From Oscillospiraceae bacterium (GTDB lineage Bacteria; Bacillota; Clostridia; Oscillospirales; Ruminococcaceae), in the NCBI GenBank assembly GCA_024404815.1, contig JAKSPL010000006.1, positions 7,414 through 71,413 of the forward strand: a DNA stretch of 64,000 bases, in the 5' to 3' direction. Below are positions 34,452 to 43,157 of the stretch, in pieces (within the stretch, counting starts at the first letter, position 1; every line of letters begins with the position of its first letter). Below the pieces are notes generated by a model. The model had not been told where the DNA came from. It did not search any database and worked only from the letters and a program-made list of their open reading frames with translations. Position numbers and translations under genes: made by a program.

Positions 34452-35672
34452 TTATAGATTCATTCCGGCGGTATAGCCGGTAGCAAATGCGATTTGGAGA
34501 TTATAGCCGCCCGTGAAAGCATCCACGTCCAGCACCTCGCCGGCAAAGAACAGTCCGTTTACCAGCTTGGACTCCATTGTTTTGGGCTTCACCTCGCGGA
34601 CATTGATGCCGCCTCTGGTGACGATCGCTTCTGCGATGGGACGCATGGCTTTGACCGACAGCGGATAAGCTTTGATGGTCTTACCGAGCTGTAAGCGTTC
34701 CTCGCGCTTCATATCGTGGATGCGCAGGTCAGGAGAAAGACCTGCCGCACGAATCATCACAGGGATCATGGAGCTTGGGAGCAGCTTGCTGAGCGCGTTG
34801 CCCAGCACACGGTTTTGCAGTTCGGAAAAATCACGCTGAATGCGCAGATCGAGTTGTTCATGGGTAAGTGCAGGCTTCATGTCGATTTGCAGCTTGTAGT
34901 CTGTCGGGTGCTGTGCATCCATCGCGGCACTTGCGGACAGCACCAGCGGTCCTGACACGCCGAAATGCGTAAAGAGCATTTCACCCTGTTCGGCATAGAT
35001 GACCTTATTCTCACGCAGAACCGTCAGTTTTACATTTTTGAGCGACAGACCCTGCATTTCCTTCGGATCTGCTTCGACAGTTTCAAGGGGAATCAAAGAC
35101 GGCTGTGGTGTGATGATCGTATGCCCTGCCTGTTTGGCAAGGGTATAACCGTCACCGCGAGAGCCTGTCCGCGGATAGGACATACCGCCCGTTGCGATCA
35201 GCACCGATTCCGCACGGTATTCCGTGTTGTCAGCGATCACACCGACACAGCATCCGTCCTCGAGGCAGAGCTTTTGCACACGGGCATGAATAATCTTGAC
35301 ATTCAGGCGGTGCATGGCGTTTTTGAGAGCATTGACAATATCAGCCGCGCAGTCGCTGACAGGGAATACCCGTCTTCCGCGTTCTGTTTTGAGCGGTACG
35401 CCCTCCGCTTCAAAAAAGTCCATAACATCCTGCGGCATACAGTTGGAGAATGCCGAGTAGAGAAACCGCGGATTGCGCGGAATGTTGGCGGTCAGAGTAT
35501 CGAGGTCGCAGGCGTTGGTGACATTGCATCTGCCCTTGCCCGTGATGGACAGCTTGTGCCCGATGCGATCATTGCCCTCCAACAGCAACACACGCCTGCC
35601 GAGATTTGCAGCAGTCACAGCCGCATAGCAGCCTGCCGCACCGCCGCCAATAATAATCGTATCTGCGTTCAT
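34452..35672 (-). CDS. NAD(P)/FAD-dependent oxidoreductase, HI0933/BaiN family
   Basis: IIIGGGAAGCYAA dinucleotide motif, GKGRCNVTN, C-terminal GLFFAGEVLDVDAFTGGYNLQIAFATG. Confidence 0.9.
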   Translation of the reverse strand: MNADTIIIGGGAAGCYAAVTAANLGRRVLLLEGNDRIGHKLSITGKGRCNVTNACDLDTLTANIPRNPRFLYSAFSNCMPQDVMDFFEAEGVPLKTERGRRVFPVSDCAADIVNALKNAMHRLNVKIIHARVQKLCLEDGCCVGVIADNTEYRAESVLIATGGMSYPRTGSRGDGYTLAKQAGHTIITPQPSLIPLETVEADPKEMQGLSLKNVKLTVLRENKVIYAEQGEMLFTHFGVSGPLVLSASAAMDAQHPTDYKLQIDMKPALTHEQLDLRIQRDFSELQNRVLGNALSKLLPSSMIPVMIRAAGLSPDLRIHDMKREERLQLGKTIKAYPLSVKAMRPIAEAIVTRGGINVREVKPKTMESKLVNGLFFAGEVLDVDAFTGGYNLQIAFATGYTAGMNL

Positions 35673-35896
35673 TCCGTTTCCAGTTGATGCAGACGCTCAG
35701 CAGCCTGTGCGCGGCGTTTTCTGGTTTCGGTTTCGTCGATGGCATAGCCATCGGGTGTTTTGCAGAGGACATCGCCCTCCTGAATATCGCCAAGAATCCA
35801 TGTGCGGGGGATATTTTGCATGATTACTTCACCGGTTGCAGGATTCGAGCATTCCACCACCGCGGTGTCTTCTTCGATGCGGTCGATAATCAGCAT
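35669..35896 (-). CDS. DUF3006 domain protein
   Basis: MLIIDRIEEDTAVVE...GDVL pattern. ATG at 35896 preferred over GTG at 35905 on GGAG spacing. 4-nt overlap with the downstream gene. Confidence 0.7.
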   Translation of the reverse strand: MLIIDRIEEDTAVVECSNPATGEVIMQNIPRTWILGDIQEGDVLCKTPDGYAIDETETRKRRAQAAERLHQLETE

Positions 35897-35917
35897 CTCC
35901 TGCACCTCCTCTCACAG

Positions 35918-36871
35918 TCATTTGAAGGTTACGTGGGTATTCGGTTGAATGGTTTTGCCATTCGAGAAAAACAGGATCGTACCGTCAATATCGGTACGGT
36001 AAACGCTGTCTGTACGGGCAAAGAGCCGTTCCAGACAGGCATCGGACGGGTGTCCGTAGTCATTGAACGCGCCCACCGAGATCACAGCGATCTTTGGAGA
36101 AACGGCATCGAGAAATTCGTTTGATGAGGAATTGCCGCTGCCGTGGTGCGCACATTTCAGGAATTTTGAAGGGGCGATGAGTTCGGCGGCAAGGAAATCC
36201 TGTTCCGCCTCCTTAGAAATATCGCCCGTAAAGAGAAAGCTGTTGTCGCCGTGGGTAATACGGCAGACCAGCGAACAGTCGTTGAGATCTTCACGCAGGG
36301 AATTGTCTATGCAGAAGAATGTGATCTCCACCTGACCAAACTTTGCGGTTTCGCCGCAGTTCGGGTTGACGATTTGCAAATGCTGTTCCTGTACGAGTTC
36401 TAAAAACCGCTCGAAATTGTACCCTGTGGGAATCAGCGTGTCGGGGTATGTCGGCTGATAGACCATATCGGTCGGGATGTTTTCCAGTACGGTATTGAGT
36501 CCGCCAAGATGGTCGGAATGGGGATGCGAGTTGATGACCGCATCCAGCCTGCGGATCTTCAGCGCACGGAGTGCATCCAGCACCTTTGTGCCGTACTCTG
36601 CTTCGCCGCCGTCAATGAGAATGGCGGTGTCGGGATTATAGAGGATCGTGCAGTCGCCCTGCCCGACATCTAGAACATACACGCAGAGGTCATCGGCGGT
36701 GCATTCGACAGGTGTTTCCCTGTTTTTCAGCAGATACACCGAAACACCGATGACAACGACCGCGAGCAGAATCAGCGGGAACCAGTATTTCGACCACCAC
36801 GCTTTTGCGGTGAGCGGGATGATTTTTCTGCGGATTTTACGGCTTTCTTTGGAGCGTTTTGGGTGGCGCAT
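35918..36871 (-). CDS. Membrane-anchored MBL-fold hydrolase (ComEC/Rec2 C-terminal-domain-like)
   Basis: TM helix FPLILLAVVVIGVSVYLL, then VLDVGQGDC and NSHPHSDHLGG metallo-beta-lactamase motifs, and AHHGS. Confidence 0.85.
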   Translation of the reverse strand: MRHPKRSKESRKIRRKIIPLTAKAWWSKYWFPLILLAVVVIGVSVYLLKNRETPVECTADDLCVYVLDVGQGDCTILYNPDTAILIDGGEAEYGTKVLDALRALKIRRLDAVINSHPHSDHLGGLNTVLENIPTDMVYQPTYPDTLIPTGYNFERFLELVQEQHLQIVNPNCGETAKFGQVEITFFCIDNSLREDLNDCSLVCRITHGDNSFLFTGDISKEAEQDFLAAELIAPSKFLKCAHHGSGNSSSNEFLDAVSPKIAVISVGAFNDYGHPSDACLERLFARTDSVYRTDIDGTILFFSNGKTIQPNTHVTFK

Positions 36872-38736
36872 CCTGAACGGCTGCCCCCTTTCGCAGCATT
36901 CTGTTTGGCTAAATGCTTGTCATGCGGATTTTTTGCATTGGCAGGCGGTACGGCAGGAATCAGGCAATGCGGACCGTTTCCGATCAGATCGCGTCTGCCT
37001 GCCTTGATGAGTGCCGCACGGATGACAGCATCGTTTTCGGGTTTGAAATATTGCAGCATAGCACGCTGTTCCGCCTTTTCCTTTGCGGTGCGCGGTACAT
37101 AGATCGGCTGCATGGTATAGGGGTCGAGTCCCGTGTAGAACATACAGGTGGAAATCGTTCCCGGTGTGGGATAGAAATCCTGCACCTGTTCCGGACGGAT
37201 GCCCTCCTCTTTAAGGAAGCACGCCAGCGCGATGGCATCGCGGATGGTGCTGCCGGGGTGGGAACTCATCAGATACGGCACGAGATACTGTTCCATGCCC
37301 ATGCCTTTTGTCAGCTCATAAAAGCGTTTCTGGAATTTCTTATAGGTTTCGATGTGCGGTTTGCCCATCGCATCGAGTACCGCAGGCGCACAATGTTCAG
37401 GCGCAACTTTGAGCTGTCCGCTGACATGGTGTCTGACCAGTTCGCGGAAGAAGCTTTCGTCCTTGTCCGCCATCAGGTAATCATAGCGGATACCCGAACG
37501 GATAAATACGCGCTTGACCTTTGGAATTTCGCGGAGTTTACGCAGCAGCCGCAGATAGTCCTTGTGGTCTACGGTGAGATTTTTACAGGGTGTCGGTGCA
37601 AGGCATTTTCTGCCCTTGCAGAGACCGTTCGCCGCCTGTTTTTCACAGGACGGGTGACGGAAGTTGGCAGTCGGGCCGCCGACATCGTGAATATAGCCCT
37701 TGAAATCGGGCAGTTCGGTGAGCAGCTTTGCCTCTTGAAGAACGGATTCCTCGCTTCTGGTAGTAATTTTTCGTCCCTGATGGAGCGCGATGGAACAGAA
37801 ATTGCAGAAGCCGAAACAGCCTCGGTTATGGGTAATGGAAAAGCGCACCTCTAAAATAGCAGGGACACCACCCTCTTTTTCGTACATCGGATGGTAAGTG
37901 CGTGCGTAGGGGAGGGCGTAAACCGCGTCCATTTCCTCCTGTGTGAGGGAAATGGCAGGTTCGTTCTGTACAAGCATTTTGTCGCCGTGCCGCTGAATCA
38001 CACGTTTGCCGCTGACCTCGTCCTGCTGGTCATACTGAATGCGGCAGGCTTTGGCGTAGGATTCCTTTTTCTCGGAAACCTGTGCAAACGAGGGGCATTC
38101 CGCGCATCCGAACGGGGTTTTGTCGGGGGTGGTAAGATAGCAGGTTCCGCGTACATCGGTAATTTCCGACACGGGAACACCGTCACGCAGACGGTCAGCC
38201 AGTTCGATAATGCTGTGCTCGCCCATGCCGAACATCAGAATATCCGCGCCGCTGTCCACGAGAATGGAGGGGCGCACCGCGTCATCCCAGTAGTCATAAT
38301 GTGCAAATCTGCGGAGCGATGCTTCCAGTCCGCCAATCAGAATCGGCACATCGCCGTAGATCTCGCGAATCTTTTTGCAGTAGACAATGACCGCACGGTC
38401 GGGACGCTTGCCTGCCTTGTTTCCTGCGGAATAGGCATCGTCGGAGCGTTTTTTCTTTGCGGCGGTGTAGTGGGCAACCATGCTGTCGATATTGCCTGCG
38501 GTCACGAGAAAACCGAGTTTCGGTCTGCCAAAACGCATAAAATCCTCGTTGGTACGCCAATTCGGCTGCGGCAGAATCGCAACGGAGTAGCCCTTTGCAG
38601 CAAGGACACGGGAAATAATAGCGACACCGAAGCTGGGATGGTCTACATACGCATCCCCTGTGATATAGACAAAATCGGGGCGGTGAATACCGACAGCTTC
38701 CAGTTCTTCCATGCTGACAGGCAGAAAGTCACTCAT
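36772..38736 (-). CDS. YgiQ family radical SAM protein (UPF0313)
   Basis: N-terminal DFVYITGDAYVDHPSFG and radical SAM cluster CFGFCNFCS. Basic C-terminal tail overlaps the next gene by 100 nt. Confidence 0.9.
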   Translation of the reverse strand: MSDFLPVSMEELEAVGIHRPDFVYITGDAYVDHPSFGVAIISRVLAAKGYSVAILPQPNWRTNEDFMRFGRPKLGFLVTAGNIDSMVAHYTAAKKKRSDDAYSAGNKAGKRPDRAVIVYCKKIREIYGDVPILIGGLEASLRRFAHYDYWDDAVRPSILVDSGADILMFGMGEHSIIELADRLRDGVPVSEITDVRGTCYLTTPDKTPFGCAECPSFAQVSEKKESYAKACRIQYDQQDEVSGKRVIQRHGDKMLVQNEPAISLTQEEMDAVYALPYARTYHPMYEKEGGVPAILEVRFSITHNRGCFGFCNFCSIALHQGRKITTRSEESVLQEAKLLTELPDFKGYIHDVGGPTANFRHPSCEKQAANGLCKGRKCLAPTPCKNLTVDHKDYLRLLRKLREIPKVKRVFIRSGIRYDYLMADKDESFFRELVRHHVSGQLKVAPEHCAPAVLDAMGKPHIETYKKFQKRFYELTKGMGMEQYLVPYLMSSHPGSTIRDAIALACFLKEEGIRPEQVQDFYPTPGTISTCMFYTGLDPYTMQPIYVPRTAKEKAEQRAMLQYFKPENDAVIRAALIKAGRRDLIGNGPHCLIPAVPPANAKNPHDKHLAKQNAAKGGSRSGCATQNAPKKAVKSAEKSSRSPQKRGGRNTGSR

Positions 38737-38759
38737 TATTTCACGTCCTTTCGTTGATT

Positions 38760-39224
38760 TTAATTCAGTGCCATGACATAGATCTGGCAGGGATTCGCTT
38801 CATCCCACAGCGGCAGGACTTCAAGCTCCTGAAAGCCGACTGCGAGATAGAAGCGGTTGGTATCGTCATATTCGGGATATACGCCCATTTTCACGGTTTT
38901 CACCTGCATGAACGCATAGCCGATGGTTTGTGCGGTTTTCTTTGCGGCATCGAACAAAAGCTTGCCGACACCCATGCGGTGGTGAGATTTCAGTACACCC
39001 ATGACTGCAAGTTCGACAGTCGCTTTGCCTGTCTCTTTCAGGCATAGAAAACCGACACATTCGCCGTTTTCGTATGCACCAAAACAGAGTTGCTGCGCAC
39101 TTTCGCGGATGTACGCTTCTCTGCTCGCCTCAATCTCAAACCATTCGGGGAGAGCTTCCAGTATTTTGCGGACGGCGGCTTGTTTTTCTGCCGCGTCCGA
39201 GAGTTGTTTAACGGTGATAGTCAT
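38760..39224 (-). CDS. GNAT family N-acetyltransferase
   Basis: LAVMGVLKSHHRMGVGKLLFDAA acetyl-CoA motif. Confidence 0.85.
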   Translation of the reverse strand: MTITVKQLSDAAEKQAAVRKILEALPEWFEIEASREAYIRESAQQLCFGAYENGECVGFLCLKETGKATVELAVMGVLKSHHRMGVGKLLFDAAKKTAQTIGYAFMQVKTVKMGVYPEYDDTNRFYLAVGFQELEVLPLWDEANPCQIYVMALN

Positions 39225-39254
39225 ATGCTGCCTTTCAAATGATGGCGAGGTTGC

Positions 39255-41999
39255 TTATTCCTCAAACTTCCCGCCCTTTGAAGCGATTCTGAGCTTCCAT
39301 TCGGTGAGTTCCTGCGGAGACATGAGGACTCTGCGCGGCTTTGCGCCCTCGGAGGGACCGATCACGCCGCGGTCTTCGAGTTCATCGACAATTCTTGCGG
39401 CTCTTGCGTAGCCGAGTTTCAGTCTGCGCTGCAATGCGGTCGTGGAAAGCTGACCTGCGTCCACAGCGTACTCTGCGGCACGAATGACCAGTTCTTCGTC
39501 GCCGCTGACCTCAGTATTATCGTCCATACCCATCGGTTTTTCACCCTTTGCTGTCGGGATATTCTGTTCAACTGCTTCGATAATGGACGCATCGTAATCG
39601 GAAGAACCGTTGTTTTTGAGAAAGCTGGTGACTGCTTCGACCTCTGCGTCAGAGCAGAAACAGCCCTGTACACGCTTGGGTTCGCGCCAGCCGTTCGGAT
39701 AGAACAGCAGGTCACCGTTTCCGAGCAGGGTTTCCGCGCCCGAACAGTCGAGGATGATACGGGAATCCTGCGAGGATTTGACCGACATACCGATACGGGA
39801 GGGGACATTTGCTTTGATCAAGCCCGTAATGACATCGACAGTCGGACGCTGTGTTGCGATAATCAGGTGCAGACCTGCGGCACGCGCTTTCTGTGCCAGT
39901 CGGATGACTGACGTTTCGACTTCCTTTGCCGCGGACATCATCAAGTCTGCAAACTCGTCGATGATAATGAGGATCTGCGGCATTTTTTTGATTTCCTCGT
40001 TGCGTTCGGCGAGGGCGTTGTAGCCTTTCAGGTCACGAACGCTGTATTCAGCGAAAAGTCCGTATCTGCGTTCCATTTCGATAACTGCCCAGTTGAGTGC
40101 GCCTGCCGCTTTCTGCGGATTGGTCACAACAGGGATGAGCAGATGCGGAATGCCGTCATAGGGTGCAAATTCAACGACCTTCGGGTCGATCAGCACCATG
40201 CGCACCTCATCAGGGGAGGCATGGAACAGCACACTCATGATGATCGAGTTGGTGCAGACAGATTTACCGGAACCTGTTGTACCTGCAATGATCATGTGGG
40301 GCATTTTTGCGATGTCGCCGAGAATGACATTGCCGTCGATGTCCTTGCCGACTGCAAAGGTCAGCTTGCTTTTGGATTCCTGAAATTCCACAGATTCGAG
40401 AATATCACGAATCGGAACAATGTCTTTGGTGTTGTTGGCGACTTCGACACCGACTGCGGGCTTTCCGGGAATCGGTGCTTCGATACGCACCTTTTCACCG
40501 CCGAGGTTCATGCCGATATCGTCAGCAAGTGCGGTGATTTTTGAAATTTTCACGCCTGCTGCCGGCTGAATCTCATAGCGGGTAACAGACGGGCCGCGGC
40601 GCATACCGACAATGCGCACCTCCACGCCGAAGCTTGCCAGCGTTTCTTTGAGCAGGGTGCTTTTTTCACGCAGCTCCGCAGATTTCTCTGCACTGTTCGA
40701 GGTGTTGTCCACATGGGAAAGCAGGGAGATCGGCGGTGCGATATACGGAATGACCGCTGTTTCCTCGTAGATGCTTTCATCAGCAGCTTCTTCCTGTTCT
40801 GTTGCCCACGGGAGCAGATTGCCGTTTGCAGAGCTGCCGTCCGAAAGATTTCCTTCGGCATTGGCGATCATCCGCTGCAATTCTTCTTCCTCGTCTGCGG
40901 ACATTCGCATATTAAAGTCAGTATCTGTGTGTGAATCGGGTGTCAGAATATTGGTATCTTCTTTTGCGAGCATCGGGTCTGTATCCGTGATCGGAATATC
41001 GACGTCGATGTTGTCAAACATATCCGACATCAGTTCGAGCTGGTTGCCGTCAGGGAGAAATTCTGGCTGCTTTTGTTTTCTGTGCGAGAAGCGTGTTCTG
41101 CGCGGCAGCGACGGGAAGAAATGCAGTTCTTCCTCCTCCTCGTCATCGTCCCAGACATCTTCCTCCTCCTCAATGTATTCGTCTTCTTCATCGTAGGGCA
41201 TTTCATCGTCCTCGCCGTAGAAGAATACACCGTGGGTAGCGACTTTTGCGATGCCGTTCCAGATCCAGCGGAACGGGGAGCCGATAATGTGGAACAGTTC
41301 AGCCACGCCGAGATTGGTCAGCAGCATGATAAAGACGAAAATTGCAAGAATAATGACGATTTTCGCGCCGATCTCCGCAAACATTGCGATGAGCGGCCAT
41401 GCGACAATACCCGAAAGGAGTCCGCCGCCGCGGAGATTCTTGCCCTCGTCATAGAGGTAGCGGATGGTCATGGCAAAGCCGTCCGACCAGACGGTCTTGC
41501 CGAAGAAAATCTGAATAAATCCGCTGCAAAAGATGGTCAGCAGAACGCCCCAGATGGCGCGTTTGGAGGCCTGTTTGCTTTTGTCCTGTCCGACGAGTGC
41601 CGCTGTATAAATGAGGATGGCAGGCACCAGAAAGACGCTGACGCCGAACAATCCGAGCAGCAGATCGTGGAGCATTCCCCAGCCTTTTGTGCCGGGAACA
41701 ATGGAGATCAGCAGCACCAGAATACCGATTGCAAACAGAATGACCGACCAGAGCTGATTATTCTGTGCAGGTGCAGTAATAATGGTCTGCTGCTTGACAG
41801 GTTCTGCTGCGGGAACCGATTTGGACGATGCGGATTTGGCGACAGGTGTATTTCTCTTTGCTGTCGTTGTTGTTTTCCGAGCAGAATTCGAGCTTGCAGA
41901 ACGCTTCACGGGGGCTTTCTGTCTGGAGCCTGCGGAAGCAGAGGGTGCAGTTTTTCTTTTTGCCGAACCGGAATTTCCGGTACTGCGTGACTGTGCCAT
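39255..41999 (-). CDS. ftsK: DNA translocase FtsK/SpoIIIE
   Basis: N-terminal TM helices, acidic linker, motor domain with Walker A IAGTTGSGKSV and Walker B ILIIIDEFADL, and C-terminal gamma wHTH (LQRRLKLGYARAARIVDELE). Confidence 0.95.
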   Translation of the reverse strand: MAQSRSTGNSGSAKRKTAPSASAGSRQKAPVKRSASSNSARKTTTTAKRNTPVAKSASSKSVPAAEPVKQQTIITAPAQNNQLWSVILFAIGILVLLISIVPGTKGWGMLHDLLLGLFGVSVFLVPAILIYTAALVGQDKSKQASKRAIWGVLLTIFCSGFIQIFFGKTVWSDGFAMTIRYLYDEGKNLRGGGLLSGIVAWPLIAMFAEIGAKIVIILAIFVFIMLLTNLGVAELFHIIGSPFRWIWNGIAKVATHGVFFYGEDDEMPYDEEDEYIEEEEDVWDDDEEEEELHFFPSLPRRTRFSHRKQKQPEFLPDGNQLELMSDMFDNIDVDIPITDTDPMLAKEDTNILTPDSHTDTDFNMRMSADEEEELQRMIANAEGNLSDGSSANGNLLPWATEQEEAADESIYEETAVIPYIAPPISLLSHVDNTSNSAEKSAELREKSTLLKETLASFGVEVRIVGMRRGPSVTRYEIQPAAGVKISKITALADDIGMNLGGEKVRIEAPIPGKPAVGVEVANNTKDIVPIRDILESVEFQESKSKLTFAVGKDIDGNVILGDIAKMPHMIIAGTTGSGKSVCTNSIIMSVLFHASPDEVRMVLIDPKVVEFAPYDGIPHLLIPVVTNPQKAAGALNWAVIEMERRYGLFAEYSVRDLKGYNALAERNEEIKKMPQILIIIDEFADLMMSAAKEVETSVIRLAQKARAAGLHLIIATQRPTVDVITGLIKANVPSRIGMSVKSSQDSRIILDCSGAETLLGNGDLLFYPNGWREPKRVQGCFCSDAEVEAVTSFLKNNGSSDYDASIIEAVEQNIPTAKGEKPMGMDDNTEVSGDEELVIRAAEYAVDAGQLSTTALQRRLKLGYARAARIVDELEDRGVIGPSEGAKPRRVLMSPQELTEWKLRIASKGGKFEE

Positions 42000-42040
42000 A
42001 ATGAATCCTTCCTTATGTTCTTACTGCGGAATCTTTCTGA

Positions 42041-42865
42041 TCAGTGCTTGAAAATCCAGAGCCCGAAGGTGAACAGACTGACAAGCAGAGTATAAATCGA
42101 GAATACGTGGAAGTTGTCGGACTTGATGAGCCATTTTACCATTTTGATGGCGAGGATACCGACAACGGCAGATACAATAAAACCGATAACGGTTGCGGCG
42201 ATGTTGATCTCAAATGCGCCGTCTGCAACATCCATGAGTTCAGACAAACAGCCGCCGAGAATTGCAGGAATGCCGAGAATAAAGGAATAGCGGACAGCGG
42301 TTTCCTTTTCAAGACCGGAGAACAGACCGCCGCTGATGGTCGAGCCGGAACGGGATACACCCGGAAACAGCGCAACGCACTGGAACAGACCGATGACCAC
42401 AGCGTCCTTTACGGTAATATCGCCTGCGGTTTTCTTGTTGTTCTTGACACGGTTTGCAAAGAACAGAATAATAGATGTATACAGGAAGCAAAGTCCCAGA
42501 ACAGGGAGCGGAATGTTTTCAAACACATCCTTGATCAGGTAGAACGGTACGAGAAGCACCAACGAGATGATCAGCATGATGATCATACGGCGTTCGGGAT
42601 TCATCGCAGACCATTTGAACTTGCCTGTGAATACATCTTTTAACAGGACGAAAAATTCTTTGATGAGTGCCCATATGGTATCCCAGAACGCGATGCAGAC
42701 AGCCACCAGCGTACCGAGGTGAAGAATGACCAGCAGAAACGTGCCTTCTTCCACAGACTGACCTGTCATGGTCTGATACAGACGGAGATGTCCGGAGCTG
42801 GAAACGGGAAGAAACTCAGTCAGTCCCTGAATAATAGCCTGAATAATTGCGTGCAGAATGTCCAT
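42041..42865 (-). CDS. uppP: Undecaprenyl-diphosphate phosphatase
   Basis: ATG at 42865 gives MDILHAIIQAIIQGLTEFLPVSSSGH; also PGVSRSGSTI motif. Confidence 0.95.
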   Translation of the reverse strand: MDILHAIIQAIIQGLTEFLPVSSSGHLRLYQTMTGQSVEEGTFLLVILHLGTLVAVCIAFWDTIWALIKEFFVLLKDVFTGKFKWSAMNPERRMIIMLIISLVLLVPFYLIKDVFENIPLPVLGLCFLYTSIILFFANRVKNNKKTAGDITVKDAVVIGLFQCVALFPGVSRSGSTISGGLFSGLEKETAVRYSFILGIPAILGGCLSELMDVADGAFEINIAATVIGFIVSAVVGILAIKMVKWLIKSDNFHVFSIYTLLVSLFTFGLWIFKH

Positions 42866-43087
42866 ATGAAAGCCCTCCGAGGATACTATAAATAATGCAG
42901 GGGATATGCAGTATGAAATGCACATACCAATACTTTTCTATCATACCATATTTTCGCTGCGCTGTCAAGAAATAGTTTCAAAGCGATGAAAAGTCTGAAA
43001 AATATGGCATGAGTGCTAAAAAGTGGTAGCGTTTTTTCTGTAATGCACAAAAAAGTAGACAAATTTCATTTTATCTTCAAAAAAGTG

Positions 43088-43116
43088 TTGATTTTTTGGA
43101 GAGATTGATGTATAAT
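43088..43116 (+). promoter_or_regulatory. Putative sigma-A promoter, -35 TTGATT / 17 nt / -10 TATAAT
   Basis: TTGATT at 43088-43093, TATAAT at 43111-43116. Confidence 0.55.
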
Positions 43117-43157
43117 AGAGAATATGGAAAATTATATCCGTTTCGGAGGTATATCCT

